Shown here piece after piece: positions 55,468-64,000 of a DNA stretch of 64,000 nt (positions are counted from its first letter, which is position 1; each line of letters starts with the position of its first letter). Origin of the DNA: Chitinophaga pinensis (GTDB lineage: Bacteria; Bacteroidota; Bacteroidia; Flavobacteriales_D; Crocinitomicaceae). The translations under genes and the position numbers were made by a program. The notes below the pieces were generated by a model. That model ran no database searches and was not told the DNA's origin. It was given only the letters and a program-made list of their open reading frames with translations. The stretch spans positions 27,715 through 91,714 of the forward strand of contig CALPMT020000008.1 in the NCBI GenBank assembly GCA_943324745.2, written 5' to 3'.

Positions 55468-56568
55468 TTACCAACCTTCTTTTATTGACTTGATAATATG
55501 TTCAACCATCTCCTCAGAAAGTGCTGAATGAAGTGGAATAGATATTTGATTTTGGTCAAAAAGATTTTGATTTTCAAGAATTTGCTTATTCTTAAATACT
55601 TTATTTTTGTGGATACCTACATGAACTACAGAGGATGGTATACCTTTTGACTTTAATTTTTGGATAAATTTTTTCCGTTGTTCTACCTTAAATGTATATA
55701 ACCACCAAGCACATTTGTTTTCAGGTTTATAATCTAATAATTCAATCCCAGAAAATGTTGAAAATGCGTTTGTATATGTATTAGCTATATTTGTTCGAGC
55801 ATTGATAATATGATCTAAGTCTTCTAAATTAGCATTACCCAATGCTGCAGAAAAATTATTCATATGATATTTATATCCTATCACGTCAAGATCATATTCT
55901 CTTTCTCCAAGATTGGACATAGGTGAATTTGCTCTGTCGATCCCAAACCATCTTAGCTTTCTTGCTTCGTTATAACTTTGAGGATTTTCACATGTAATTG
56001 CACCACCATCTCCTGTAGTAATATGCTTAATCGCTTGAAATGAAAAGCAAGTAAAATCTGAAATTGATCCTATGGGTTTATTTTTATAATAAGCACCTAA
56101 AGCATGTGCAGCGTCTTCAATAATTTTTAAATCAAACTCACTTGCTATGTTTAAAATTTCATCCATATCACATGGATAACCTGCCCAATGTACAGGTATT
56201 ATAGCTTTAGTTTTATGCGTAACTTTTGCTCGTATATCAGATGTAGATATATTGCCTGTAGTATAATCTATATCCGCAAAGACTGGCGTCGCTTTTACCA
56301 TTAAAACGGATAAACCAGTTGCTACAAATGTCTGAGAGGGGATGATTACCTCGTCTCCTTCTTTAATGCCTGCTAATAAAAGGGACAAATGCAACGCAGT
56401 TGTACCGCTATTAACTGTTACAACATGATTGAGACTAAGTTTTTTTTCAAGCTGATTTTCAAACTCTTGAACTACATGACCTTCACTTAACAACGTTGAA
56501 TTTAACACATCAAAAACATACTTTTGTGCATTTTTGGATATATGGGTATGAAAAAAATCTATCTGCAT
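55468..56568 (-). CDS. DegT/DnrJ/EryC1/StrS family PLP-dependent sugar aminotransferase
   Basis: VNSGTTALHLSL, EVIIPSQTFVAT, FSFQAIKHITTGDGGAI (PLP lysine). Confidence 0.85.
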   Translation of the reverse strand: MQIDFFHTHISKNAQKYVFDVLNSTLLSEGHVVQEFENQLEKKLSLNHVVTVNSGTTALHLSLLLAGIKEGDEVIIPSQTFVATGLSVLMVKATPVFADIDYTTGNISTSDIRAKVTHKTKAIIPVHWAGYPCDMDEILNIASEFDLKIIEDAAHALGAYYKNKPIGSISDFTCFSFQAIKHITTGDGGAITCENPQSYNEARKLRWFGIDRANSPMSNLGEREYDLDVIGYKYHMNNFSAALGNANLEDLDHIINARTNIANTYTNAFSTFSGIELLDYKPENKCAWWLYTFKVEQRKKFIQKLKSKGIPSSVVHVGIHKNKVFKNKQILENQNLFDQNQISIPLHSALSEEMVEHIIKSIKEGW

Positions 56569-56604
56569 TTGATTTATAAAATATAAAGATGTTTTTTTAA
56601 TTGA

Positions 56605-57399
56605 TTATAGTGTAATCCAACTTTCAGGAATTATATCAACAGAACTAAGTTCGTTCGTTTTAAACCAATTTTTAGGAGCTATAATTTTTCTGTTTTTATG
56701 CGCATTCATCCAAGCGCCCCACCAAGAGAATGTTGAGTTGCAAATAATATTATTAGTACATCTTGACATTAAAAATAACTCGATATAATCTTTTTCATTT
56801 TCAATAAAAACAAACTTTTCTCCAATAAAAGTTTCTTTACACCAAGCTATATCATCGCTGAAAACAATAAATTTTTCAGTTATAGCATCCAATTTTTTTA
56901 TGGACGCATCATAGTAATCCATACTTTGATTATAGTGAATCGGGGATATTAAATACTCTCCTCTTCTTACATGTATAGATGTTAAATTACCCTTCAGAAA
57001 AAACGGGTACTTAAAATAAGACATAAGTCTTATTTTAAGTGGGAGTTTAAATTGAGTTAATATACGATCTCTGTTTTTTATAAAATATTTTTCAGACTGA
57101 AAATAACCATCAATTACACAATTAGTACTTAAGCTAGAATCTTCAAAATAAGTAAAAGGATAGCTTAAAACAGTTAAATTTTCTGGACTTTTATTTTTAA
57201 TGAGATTCTTAAAATAAAACGCATATTCATCTGCATGATTTAGCACCGGATTTCTTTCCTTTTCGACATTTAAATAATGAATATGCCATTCATAATTAGA
57301 GACAGAAAAATCAGTTTTTTTTTCTATCGCAAAAGAAATACCTGTTGCTAGTTGAAATAAAATATTACCAAGGCCTCCTTTTACATTACAATAAATCAT
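56605..57399 (-). CDS. Glycosyltransferase family 11 (alpha-1,2-fucosyltransferase-like)
   Basis: KGGLGNILFQLATG (GGLGNQMFQYA motif), IHVRRGEYL (HxRRGDY), NSTFSWWGAW. Confidence 0.8.
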   Translation of the reverse strand: MIYCNVKGGLGNILFQLATGISFAIEKKTDFSVSNYEWHIHYLNVEKERNPVLNHADEYAFYFKNLIKNKSPENLTVLSYPFTYFEDSSLSTNCVIDGYFQSEKYFIKNRDRILTQFKLPLKIRLMSYFKYPFFLKGNLTSIHVRRGEYLISPIHYNQSMDYYDASIKKLDAITEKFIVFSDDIAWCKETFIGEKFVFIENEKDYIELFLMSRCTNNIICNSTFSWWGAWMNAHKNRKIIAPKNWFKTNELSSVDIIPESWITL

Positions 57400-58283
57400 A
57401 TTTTTCTTATTTTACAGATCAACCTTTTTACAAATATCATAAACAATAATGAAATTGGCACTTTATTTTCGTAACCACATAACCTAATATCTTTTAAAGA
57501 CAAGACATCTAATTTAAAAAATAAATTAGCAGTATGTTTAATAACAGGATAAAAAATTATTTTATTTTTTTGGATACAATGCAAATATTCTGGTACTTCT
57601 ACATATTTATTCATCAAACAAGAATTAGTAACTCTTGATTCTGGTAAATAACTTTCTATTAAACATTCAGAAGAATAATTTATTTTGGATGTCTCTTTCA
57701 AAAAATTATAATAAAAATCAATATCTACTAACCATTTTAAACATTTATCAAAATAAATACCTTTGTTTTTAAACATTACTGCACTAGGAGGGCCAATTAA
57801 ATTACCGGAAAACAATGTAACTGGATTCTTTTGAATTTGTTGAAACGTTTCATGATCAATGGAATGCTCTATTTTTTCATCTATTTTATTACGATAAAAT
57901 GACCCGGAAAAAACAAATGAAATCTCCACCTCGTTATCAAGTAAATCAACAAATTTTTGAAGTGATTCTGAATCTGAAAAACAATCATCGTGATGCATCA
58001 TCTTTATCCAGTCTCCTTTAGCATTACGTATTGAGGCATTCCAATTTTCTGGCGTGCCAAGAGATGGTGAATTTTTAAAATAATGAATTTGAATGTTTGA
58101 ATTTCTTAATCCATAATCTTTAATTAATAATTCAACATCCGTGGTACTACTATCATCTGTAATTACAACTTCATAATTTGTATAGGTTTGAATTAATACC
58201 GAATCTATTACTTTTTTTAAAAAAAAAGTTTGATTATAGGTAGGAATACAAATACTAATAAACGGAAATGAATCTTTCATCAT
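57396..58283 (-). CDS. Glycosyltransferase family 2
   Basis: ISICIPTYNQTFFL...VVITDDSST. Confidence 0.8.
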   Translation of the reverse strand: MMKDSFPFISICIPTYNQTFFLKKVIDSVLIQTYTNYEVVITDDSSTTDVELLIKDYGLRNSNIQIHYFKNSPSLGTPENWNASIRNAKGDWIKMMHHDDCFSDSESLQKFVDLLDNEVEISFVFSGSFYRNKIDEKIEHSIDHETFQQIQKNPVTLFSGNLIGPPSAVMFKNKGIYFDKCLKWLVDIDFYYNFLKETSKINYSSECLIESYLPESRVTNSCLMNKYVEVPEYLHCIQKNKIIFYPVIKHTANLFFKLDVLSLKDIRLCGYENKVPISLLFMIFVKRLICKIRKI

Positions 58284-58508
58284 ACTACATTGGGCACAAT
58301 TTATTCAAAAGGTTGCATCCAAAGTTAAGATGTTTTTTTAAACTCAGAAACATTGTTATTGTAAAATAATTGATGTGGAAATAATACAATGTTTAGTCTG
58401 GTAACAATTTAGTAAAAAACATGTATGGATCTAAAAAAATAAAATATAAGGATTTACTCAAATAATTTATTGACAATTACGAGTAACTCAAAGGTTACAT
58501 GACACTTG

Positions 58509-59651
58509 TTATTTTAACAAATTTGATAGGATAATGTCTATCTCCTTAGAAATGACATCCGGTTTACAACGTTGAAACAATTCTTTCACTTCCAATCCAA
58601 ACTTCGCTCTTAACTCGTCACTCGTCACTAATCTAATAATTGCATCTGCCATTTTTTGAATATCCAAATAGGGAACAACCTCTCCCCCACCAAGTGTGAT
58701 AATTTCTTGAATACCGGATGCTTTTTCAAAACATACTATCGGCACTCCTAGTAATCCTGCCTCTATGGCAGCCAAAGGAAAAGAATCTGAACGAGAAGTC
58801 AAGGCAAAAACATCCATCACTTTTACGATATCATGAGGTGTATGCGTATGGGCTAAAAAATGAACATTTGAACCAATCTCTAATTTATCAATATCTCCCT
58901 GATTAACTGTTTTACGCTCTAAAGATTGGCTTCCCAACCAATAAAAGTGAATGGAAGGATCCCGCGAAACAACTTCTTTAGCAACCAATAAAAAGATATC
59001 ATCTCCCTTAGCCCAATAAGCACCTCCAACCATAATCACACGTTTCGCAGACACTGGCTCAATAATTGGTTTATTTGCTGTTATTGAAATGTCCGAACAT
59101 TCATATACCCGCTGAATCATCGCTTCATCACACCCAAAATAGCGAACTAAATGTTCTTTCACCAATTCCGAAGCGGCTATAAAACAATCAACATTGGAAA
59201 TATAACTTTCAAAATCAGGAACTAATTGCTGTATTGCTGTTGCCATTTCATGCACGTGTAACAGTAATTTTGCAGAACTCAGCTGCTTTTTTAGCTGTAA
59301 TGCAATAGGCAAGGCAACAACGGTATTTGCATATATAAGTGCATATTTATTTTTAAAAATGACTTGTAGTAGCTGTTCTTTTGGTGATGTAAATGCTACA
59401 CCCCTTAATTTTCGATTAATCCTATTTTTGAAACTATAATCAATTTTATCACTTACATTGCTTAAATCAAAATAGACATCTGAAACTGTTTTGAACGCGT
59501 TATCTAGAGGGTTTTCAGATTTCAATGACAACACATGAATCTCATAATCCTTTCGATTAGAACTTAACCATTCGATGAAATACAATAAGGAACGTGGTGC
59601 ACCGGAAAGTACTGATTCGTGTGTAATAAATAACAGTTTTTGCTTACTCAT
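58509..59651 (-). CDS. Glycosyltransferase family 4
   Basis: SDSFPLAAIEAGLLGVPIVCFEKASGIQEII. Confidence 0.8.
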   Translation of the reverse strand: MSKQKLLFITHESVLSGAPRSLLYFIEWLSSNRKDYEIHVLSLKSENPLDNAFKTVSDVYFDLSNVSDKIDYSFKNRINRKLRGVAFTSPKEQLLQVIFKNKYALIYANTVVALPIALQLKKQLSSAKLLLHVHEMATAIQQLVPDFESYISNVDCFIAASELVKEHLVRYFGCDEAMIQRVYECSDISITANKPIIEPVSAKRVIMVGGAYWAKGDDIFLLVAKEVVSRDPSIHFYWLGSQSLERKTVNQGDIDKLEIGSNVHFLAHTHTPHDIVKVMDVFALTSRSDSFPLAAIEAGLLGVPIVCFEKASGIQEIITLGGGEVVPYLDIQKMADAIIRLVTSDELRAKFGLEVKELFQRCKPDVISKEIDIILSNLLK

Positions 59652-60382
59652 GGTTTAATGTAATATCTTTTACGCAGACTAATCACTGGTAAAACTACAT
59701 ATTTATTTAAGAAAAAAGCAAGAAAATGATGTCGAAGTAAATACAAGCGTCGCTCTTTAAAAACTTCCTTTTCGGTCACATTCGAAACGCCAGCTTCTTC
59801 TGCGATACAAATATCCAAAGAAATTTTCTGCAATCGTGCATGCATGCGCATTGAATCAAGCAACACTCCCCAATCTGCAATAATTTTATAGTTAGTTTTA
59901 AATCCACCAACTTTTTCAAGTTGAGCCTTTTTGATAAAGGTAGCTTGGTGTGAGATAGGGGTATGATTTAGTACTTCTCGAAACCTAAATTCTTTTTTAG
60001 GATTCCAACGTTCTCCGGAATTAGTACCCCATAAATGACACCCATAAACAATATCAGCAGATAGATCAATTACTTTATTTACATTTTCTAGAACGGATAC
60101 ATCTGCAAAAACATCGCCAGAATTCAAAAACAAAACATATTCACCCCTTGCAAGTTTCCAACCTTTATTCATAGCATCATAAACTCCATGATCAGGTTCT
60201 GAAATATACGTTGAAATCGTATTTTTAAAATGCGCTAGCACTTCAATACTATGATCTAAAGAAACTCCGTCAATAACAATATACTCAAAGTCTTGACATG
60301 ACTGTGAAACAACACTTTCAATAGTCTTTTTCAGACCATCTGCATTATTATAATTAATTGTAACGATGGAAAAAAAAATCAA
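59648..60382 (-). CDS. Glycosyltransferase family 2
   Basis: [11 protein letters not shown]...[12 protein letters not shown]...GVYDAMNKG...FLNSGD; TTG start overlapping the upstream TGA. Confidence 0.8.
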   Translation of the reverse strand: MIFFSIVTINYNNADGLKKTIESVVSQSCQDFEYIVIDGVSLDHSIEVLAHFKNTISTYISEPDHGVYDAMNKGWKLARGEYVLFLNSGDVFADVSVLENVNKVIDLSADIVYGCHLWGTNSGERWNPKKEFRFREVLNHTPISHQATFIKKAQLEKVGGFKTNYKIIADWGVLLDSMRMHARLQKISLDICIAEEAGVSNVTEKEVFKERRLYLLRHHFLAFFLNKYVVLPVISLRKRYYIKP

Positions 60383-61473
60383 GGTTTGAAACGATTTATT
60401 ACATCACAGACAAAAAGAATTTCTTCTTCAGAGTGTGCAAAAGAAATAGGTAAACTTAATAAATGTGCATGTAAATATTCTGAAATAGGATAGCTACCAA
60501 ATAACATTTTTTGATATCCTTCTTGATTATGAGGAGCTACAGGATAATGAATCTCAGTTTGAATATTATTTTCAAATAAAAACTTTTTCAATGCATCTCT
60601 ATGTTCTGTTTGAATAGGGTAAATATGAAAAACATTTGTATTTATATCATCTCCAAGCAAAGGTTTTATTAGTAATGGATTGGTTATATTTTCTTCATAA
60701 ATTTTAGATAACCTAATTTTATGAGCATTGATTTCCTTAAGCTTAGGAAGTTTTAAATTTAAAAAAAGGGCTTGAATTTCATCCAATCGTGAATTCAATC
60801 CTACATATTTGTTATAATATTTTTTTTCCGATCCATAATTACGAAGTGCTTTTATCTTATCAAAGAGAGCATGGTCATTTACAAGTATAGCACCTGCATC
60901 TCCCAAAGCTCCTAAATTCTTGGTAGGATAAAAACTAAAAGCACCAATATCACCAAACGTACCTGCTAATTGACCTTTATGTGTCGCACCATGCGCTTGA
61001 GCACAGTCTTCAATTATTTTCAGATTATATTTCTTAGCAAGCTCCAAAATTGATGTCATATCACACACTTTTCCGTATAAATGTACAGGCATGATAGCTA
61101 CTGTAGTAGGAGTAATTTTAGATTCAATTTGTGTAACGTCTATTAAGTAATCTTTAATGCTTGGCTCGACTAATACTGGAGTTAAGCCGCATTGAACGAT
61201 ACTCAATATAGTAGCTATATAAGTATTACTAGGAACGACAACTTCTGAACCCTCCGGAAAATCAAATACTTTTAGTCCTAAAATGAGTGCGTCCAAACCA
61301 TTAGCAACCCCTACACAAAAAGGAACATGATGATAGTTTGCATAATTTGTTTCAAAAGCTTTTACCTGCGAACCTAGTATATACCAACCTTTTTGTAATT
61401 CTTCTGATAATAAAGAAATATATTCGGGGATTAAAGTTTGATTTACTTTTTTTAAATCTTCATACTGTATCAT
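60379..61473 (-). CDS. fdtB: DegT-family NDP-3-keto-6-deoxyhexose 3-aminotransferase (FdtB/QdtB-like)
   Basis: [42 protein letters not shown]; immediately downstream of the FdtA-like gene. Confidence 0.75.
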   Translation of the reverse strand: MIQYEDLKKVNQTLIPEYISLLSEELQKGWYILGSQVKAFETNYANYHHVPFCVGVANGLDALILGLKVFDFPEGSEVVVPSNTYIATILSIVQCGLTPVLVEPSIKDYLIDVTQIESKITPTTVAIMPVHLYGKVCDMTSILELAKKYNLKIIEDCAQAHGATHKGQLAGTFGDIGAFSFYPTKNLGALGDAGAILVNDHALFDKIKALRNYGSEKKYYNKYVGLNSRLDEIQALFLNLKLPKLKEINAHKIRLSKIYEENITNPLLIKPLLGDDINTNVFHIYPIQTEHRDALKKFLFENNIQTEIHYPVAPHNQEGYQKMLFGSYPISEYLHAHLLSLPISFAHSEEEILFVCDVINRFKP

Positions 61474-61841
61474 AAAGATGCGTAGGGGGTGTAAATATAA
61501 TCGTTAGGATCAAAATCTTCAGAGGCTACAACTAATAAAATTGACCCTTCAGAAAAATCATACATGGTATGCCAATCTTGCGTCTCAAGAATTAAACATT
61601 GATTAGGTGAATTTAAATGAAATACTTCTTCATCTACTGAATCATTTGAATAAATTTTACATTCACCAGAGATACAAATTGCTGCTTGAATAGTTTTATG
61701 ATGCCTATGACCACCTCGTTCAGAATCTTTTACATGATAAATATAGAAGATACGCTTAATTGAAAATGGAAGTACTTTCTCAATAACTGACAAAGATCCC
61801 CTATCGTCTGAAAATGTTGGTAAATTTATCAAATAAGCCAT
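61470..61841 (-). CDS. fdtA: WxcM/FdtA-like cupin sugar 3,4-ketoisomerase
   Basis: [29 protein letters not shown]...[18 protein letters not shown]; 123 aa. Confidence 0.8.
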   Translation of the reverse strand: MAYLINLPTFSDDRGSLSVIEKVLPFSIKRIFYIYHVKDSERGGHRHHKTIQAAICISGECKIYSNDSVDEEVFHLNSPNQCLILETQDWHTMYDFSEGSILLVVASEDFDPNDYIYTPYASL

Positions 61842-62823
61842 TCTTCAATCTTTGAAATTTTAGATAATTATTAAACTGGAAAATTCTACCAAATTTAATT
61901 TTAAATACGAAATCAGCTTTGTCTACCATAAAATCGTAATCAAATTTACGATTATTTCTACTAAAAGCGTCAACTCCAACGGTAAATTTTATGAGAGATT
62001 TAATGATTGGTTTATATATTAACTGATTGATTACAAAAATATTTTTTAATGTATAATTATCTAAAAAACTATAAACATAACCATCACCTATTATTTTTAA
62101 ACCTTGATAATGATATAAAATAAGGGGGGTCTTGTCAACGTAAACCTGATTGAATCTTTTGACAATAGTTACATCTTCAATGTTCCAAGGAGCCAAACCC
62201 AATCCTTTGTGATCAATCACATGAATTTGATTGCCGAATTCATTTTGCCAAGTATCTAGATATTTTTGATCTGCGTACCAATTACCCTCTCCTTTATCAA
62301 AACACCAATTTGAACATTGCTCTCTCCATAACTTAAGACATGCAATACCAATTGCATTTCTTTTAAAAATTTGAAAACTTACATTGTATTTTCCAAACCT
62401 TTCAAAATCTAAATTCACTAATTTTTGAGAAAAACGATGGGGGGTTATAAGTACGGAATATTCATTTAGTAAATCAAAAATAGATTTTGGGGAAGAAAAA
62501 AAATACTGGTCTGAATCTAATGAACAGATATGCTCTAAATCAACATATTTCTCAAGAAGATAGGAAGGATAATAAGGACTTAATGTGAAAATATAACTAA
62601 CCCGATCTCGCTCTTGTTCGATTCTATCTAGTTCTGGATAAAAGGCATGAATTTCTTTAATTGAAATAGATATACAATTCTCAACATCCTTGAAATAATT
62701 ATACGTTTCATCATCTAATGCTATAACATAAAAATTAAATGTTAATTCATATGTTTTTAACGAATAAAGTAATGTATTTAAACGGGGAATATAATTTTTA
62801 TCAAGAATTGCAGAAAAATTCAT
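61801..62823 (-). CDS. Putative nucleotide-diphospho-sugar transferase (GT8-like)
   Basis: N-terminal FSAILDKNYIPRLNTLLYSLK and a DxD-like LDSDQYFF; weak. Confidence 0.4.
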   Translation of the reverse strand: MNFSAILDKNYIPRLNTLLYSLKTYELTFNFYVIALDDETYNYFKDVENCISISIKEIHAFYPELDRIEQERDRVSYIFTLSPYYPSYLLEKYVDLEHICSLDSDQYFFSSPKSIFDLLNEYSVLITPHRFSQKLVNLDFERFGKYNVSFQIFKRNAIGIACLKLWREQCSNWCFDKGEGNWYADQKYLDTWQNEFGNQIHVIDHKGLGLAPWNIEDVTIVKRFNQVYVDKTPLILYHYQGLKIIGDGYVYSFLDNYTLKNIFVINQLIYKPIIKSLIKFTVGVDAFSRNNRKFDYDFMVDKADFVFKIKFGRIFQFNNYLKFQRLKNGLFDKFTNIFRR

Positions 62824-62832
62824 GAAGTGCTA

Positions 62833-64000
62833 TTAAATTAATTCTAGAGTAATACCCTTCCATTGAACTAATAAACCATCATTAATTAGTTGATCACCAT
62901 CACAATAACTTGGAAAATCAAACACTACTTTATAATTAGTTAATTGACTTAACAACCAATCATGGTTAAAAATCCAACACGGATAAGAAGCTTCATAAAT
63001 TGAGGGGGGGACAGTTTGAATGGTTATTATGTTTTCAGATTCTGAAAAAGGAATTCTATCAAAAACAACATATTTAATTTTATTATCATTAATTTTCTTT
63101 AGTATGTCACAAGGATTGTTTATATACTGTAATGAGCTACTTATTAAAAACACATTTGGAGATTTTTGTATTAATACCCTTTCTATTGTTTCAAAAAAAA
63201 ATAAATTTTCATTTTCAAAAAAATCTTTTCCAAGAGTGAACATTTTATTTTGTTCAACTATTGACCATTCAAATTTTTTAAAATATTTTGAAAATTCAAT
63301 ATTTTGAAAAAATGAAGTGCCAAAACTTCCTCCAAAATCCAATACAGAAATTTGGTAATCATTTGTCATTCCTGCAATAAATAAACTTGCTAATAAACCT
63401 GTACTATATTCTTTTTTATCAAAAAGTACAGAATCCCTCTCATAAATTGCATCACCATTCTTAACTTTTATTAGAGAATTGAAACATTTTTCGATTATTT
63501 GATCAAAATCATAACCATTACATTTTTCAGCAGCTATATCCCACGAATTGTAATTACCATCCCAATATTCATTTTTAGGCTTTTGATAAAAAATAGTATC
63601 ATGATGAACAATTTTATTCTTTTCTTCAATTTTTAGAAAATAAAAACCCTTTTTAATAAATGTTAAAAAAAGATTTCGAATAATTCGAATTATTGAAAAT
63701 AATCTAGATTTTTTTTTAATATTTATTTTATTCATTACGTTGAAAGTATAGGTATCCCAAAGTGAATTAATCCTATAGTTAATTTTAGGATGTGTTATTT
63801 TTGTCATTTCTTTCCCTACCATGCCTTTTGCAAAGTCTTCAAGTACAGTGGTATGAGTAGCTAATTCATCAAACCCAATATTCTGTATTAAATTTACAGA
63901 AGGATTTATACAGATACCTTCATTTAAATAGATTGCAATTACCCACTGAAAATCCCACGTGTCAATATCGTTATTCAACGCTAGAAACAAATTTTTTTTC
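62833..64000 (-). CDS. Partial CDS (N-terminus beyond the window): GT2-tail segment fused to a TIGR04325/LIC12133-like methyltransferase
   Basis: The frame is open to the window edge (the track start is a TTG). DTWDFQWVIAIYLNEGICINPSVNLIQNIGF resembles a GT2 C-terminal tail. VLDFGGSFGTSF...LISSSLQYINNP...VVFDRIPF resembles the methyltransferase. Confidence 0.6.
   Translation of the reverse strand, partial: KKNLFLALNNDIDTWDFQWVIAIYLNEGICINPSVNLIQNIGFDELATHTTVLEDFAKGMVGKEMTKITHPKINYRINSLWDTYTFNVMNKINIKKKSRLFSIIRIIRNLFLTFIKKGFYFLKIEEKNKIVHHDTIFYQKPKNEYWDGNYNSWDIAAEKCNGYDFDQIIEKCFNSLIKVKNGDAIYERDSVLFDKKEYSTGLLASLFIAGMTNDYQISVLDFGGSFGTSFFQNIEFSKYFKKFEWSIVEQNKMFTLGKDFFENENLFFFETIERVLIQKSPNVFLISSSLQYINNPCDILKKINDNKIKYVVFDRIPFSESENIITIQTVPPSIYEASYPCWIFNHDWLLSQLTNYKVVFDFPSYCDGDQLINDGLLVQWKGITLELI

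Noticed and set aside
6654-63307. About 35 short (60-105 aa) ORFs nested in or antisense to long genes, for example 6654..6836, 8133..8420, 9040..9351, 13078..13260, 16529..16928, 20495..20683, 24001..24288, 25169..25717, 25973..26597, 27744..27944, 30529..30795, 33926..34111, 35339..35533, 36235..36444, 37649..38634, 40098..40990, 43923..45046, 45862..46062, 46722..46931, 48335..48541, 49172..49375, 51253..51477, 54032..54271, 58718..58906 and 63020..63307
   Set aside because: Each lies wholly inside a longer ORF with clear domain motifs. They have no motifs of their own and are shadow frames.
1-64000. A search by eye for CRISPR arrays, IS elements or transposases, integrases or recombinases, tRNA/rRNA genes and toxin-antitoxin pairs
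   Set aside because: I saw no regularly spaced repeats of 24-48 nt, no DDE/tyrosine/serine recombinase-like ORFs, no cloverleaf other than the tmRNA tRNA-like domain and no small two-gene TA modules.

Overview
Very AT-rich segment (about 30% GC by eye), Bacteroidota/Flavobacteriia-like, judged from a tmRNA with a ...YALAA tag, TAnnTTTG -7 boxes and the gene content. It has three parts. (1) 1-12.3 kb is an accessory stretch rich in hypothetical genes. All 14 genes lie on the minus strand, directly 3' of the tmRNA gene. It holds a MUG-like DNA glycosylase, two paralogous immunity-like small proteins flanking a secreted protein, a CAP-domain pseudogene and a SLOG/YpsA-like protein. It also holds the best candidate for a new system: a tightly packed operon (11187-5313) encoding a classic AAA+ ATPase, a small membrane protein, a coiled-coil protein and an 827-aa HTH + HExxH Zn-peptidase protein. 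The operon ends with a twice-frameshifted gene that shares the same HTH module but carries a UDG-like C-terminus. (2) 12374-12774 is ssrA (tmRNA, minus strand) with a downstream hairpin and an upstream array of 15-nt repeats. (3) 13.0-64.0 kb is a surface-glycan locus of more than 50 kb in 10 strand blocks. It contains about 19 soluble or peripheral glycosyltransferases (GT2, GT4, GT11, GT61, GT8-like) and 5 large polytopic GT-C-like membrane proteins. Three polyprenyl-phosphate GT2 enzymes, a DprE1-DprE2 fusion and a GT4-WbuX fusion with HisH/HisF-like partners are also present. Nucleotide-sugar modules include CDP-hexose, FdtA/FdtB and an Fcl-like/DegT/acetyltransferase set. There are also two PIG-L deacetylases, a NodB deacetylase, LbH/GNAT/AT3 acyltransferases, methyltransferases and two paralogous 2OG-Fe(II) oxygenases. 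I saw no CRISPR array, IS element, integrase, rRNA or tRNA. All domain calls come from reading motifs in the translated ORFs; no database search was run.
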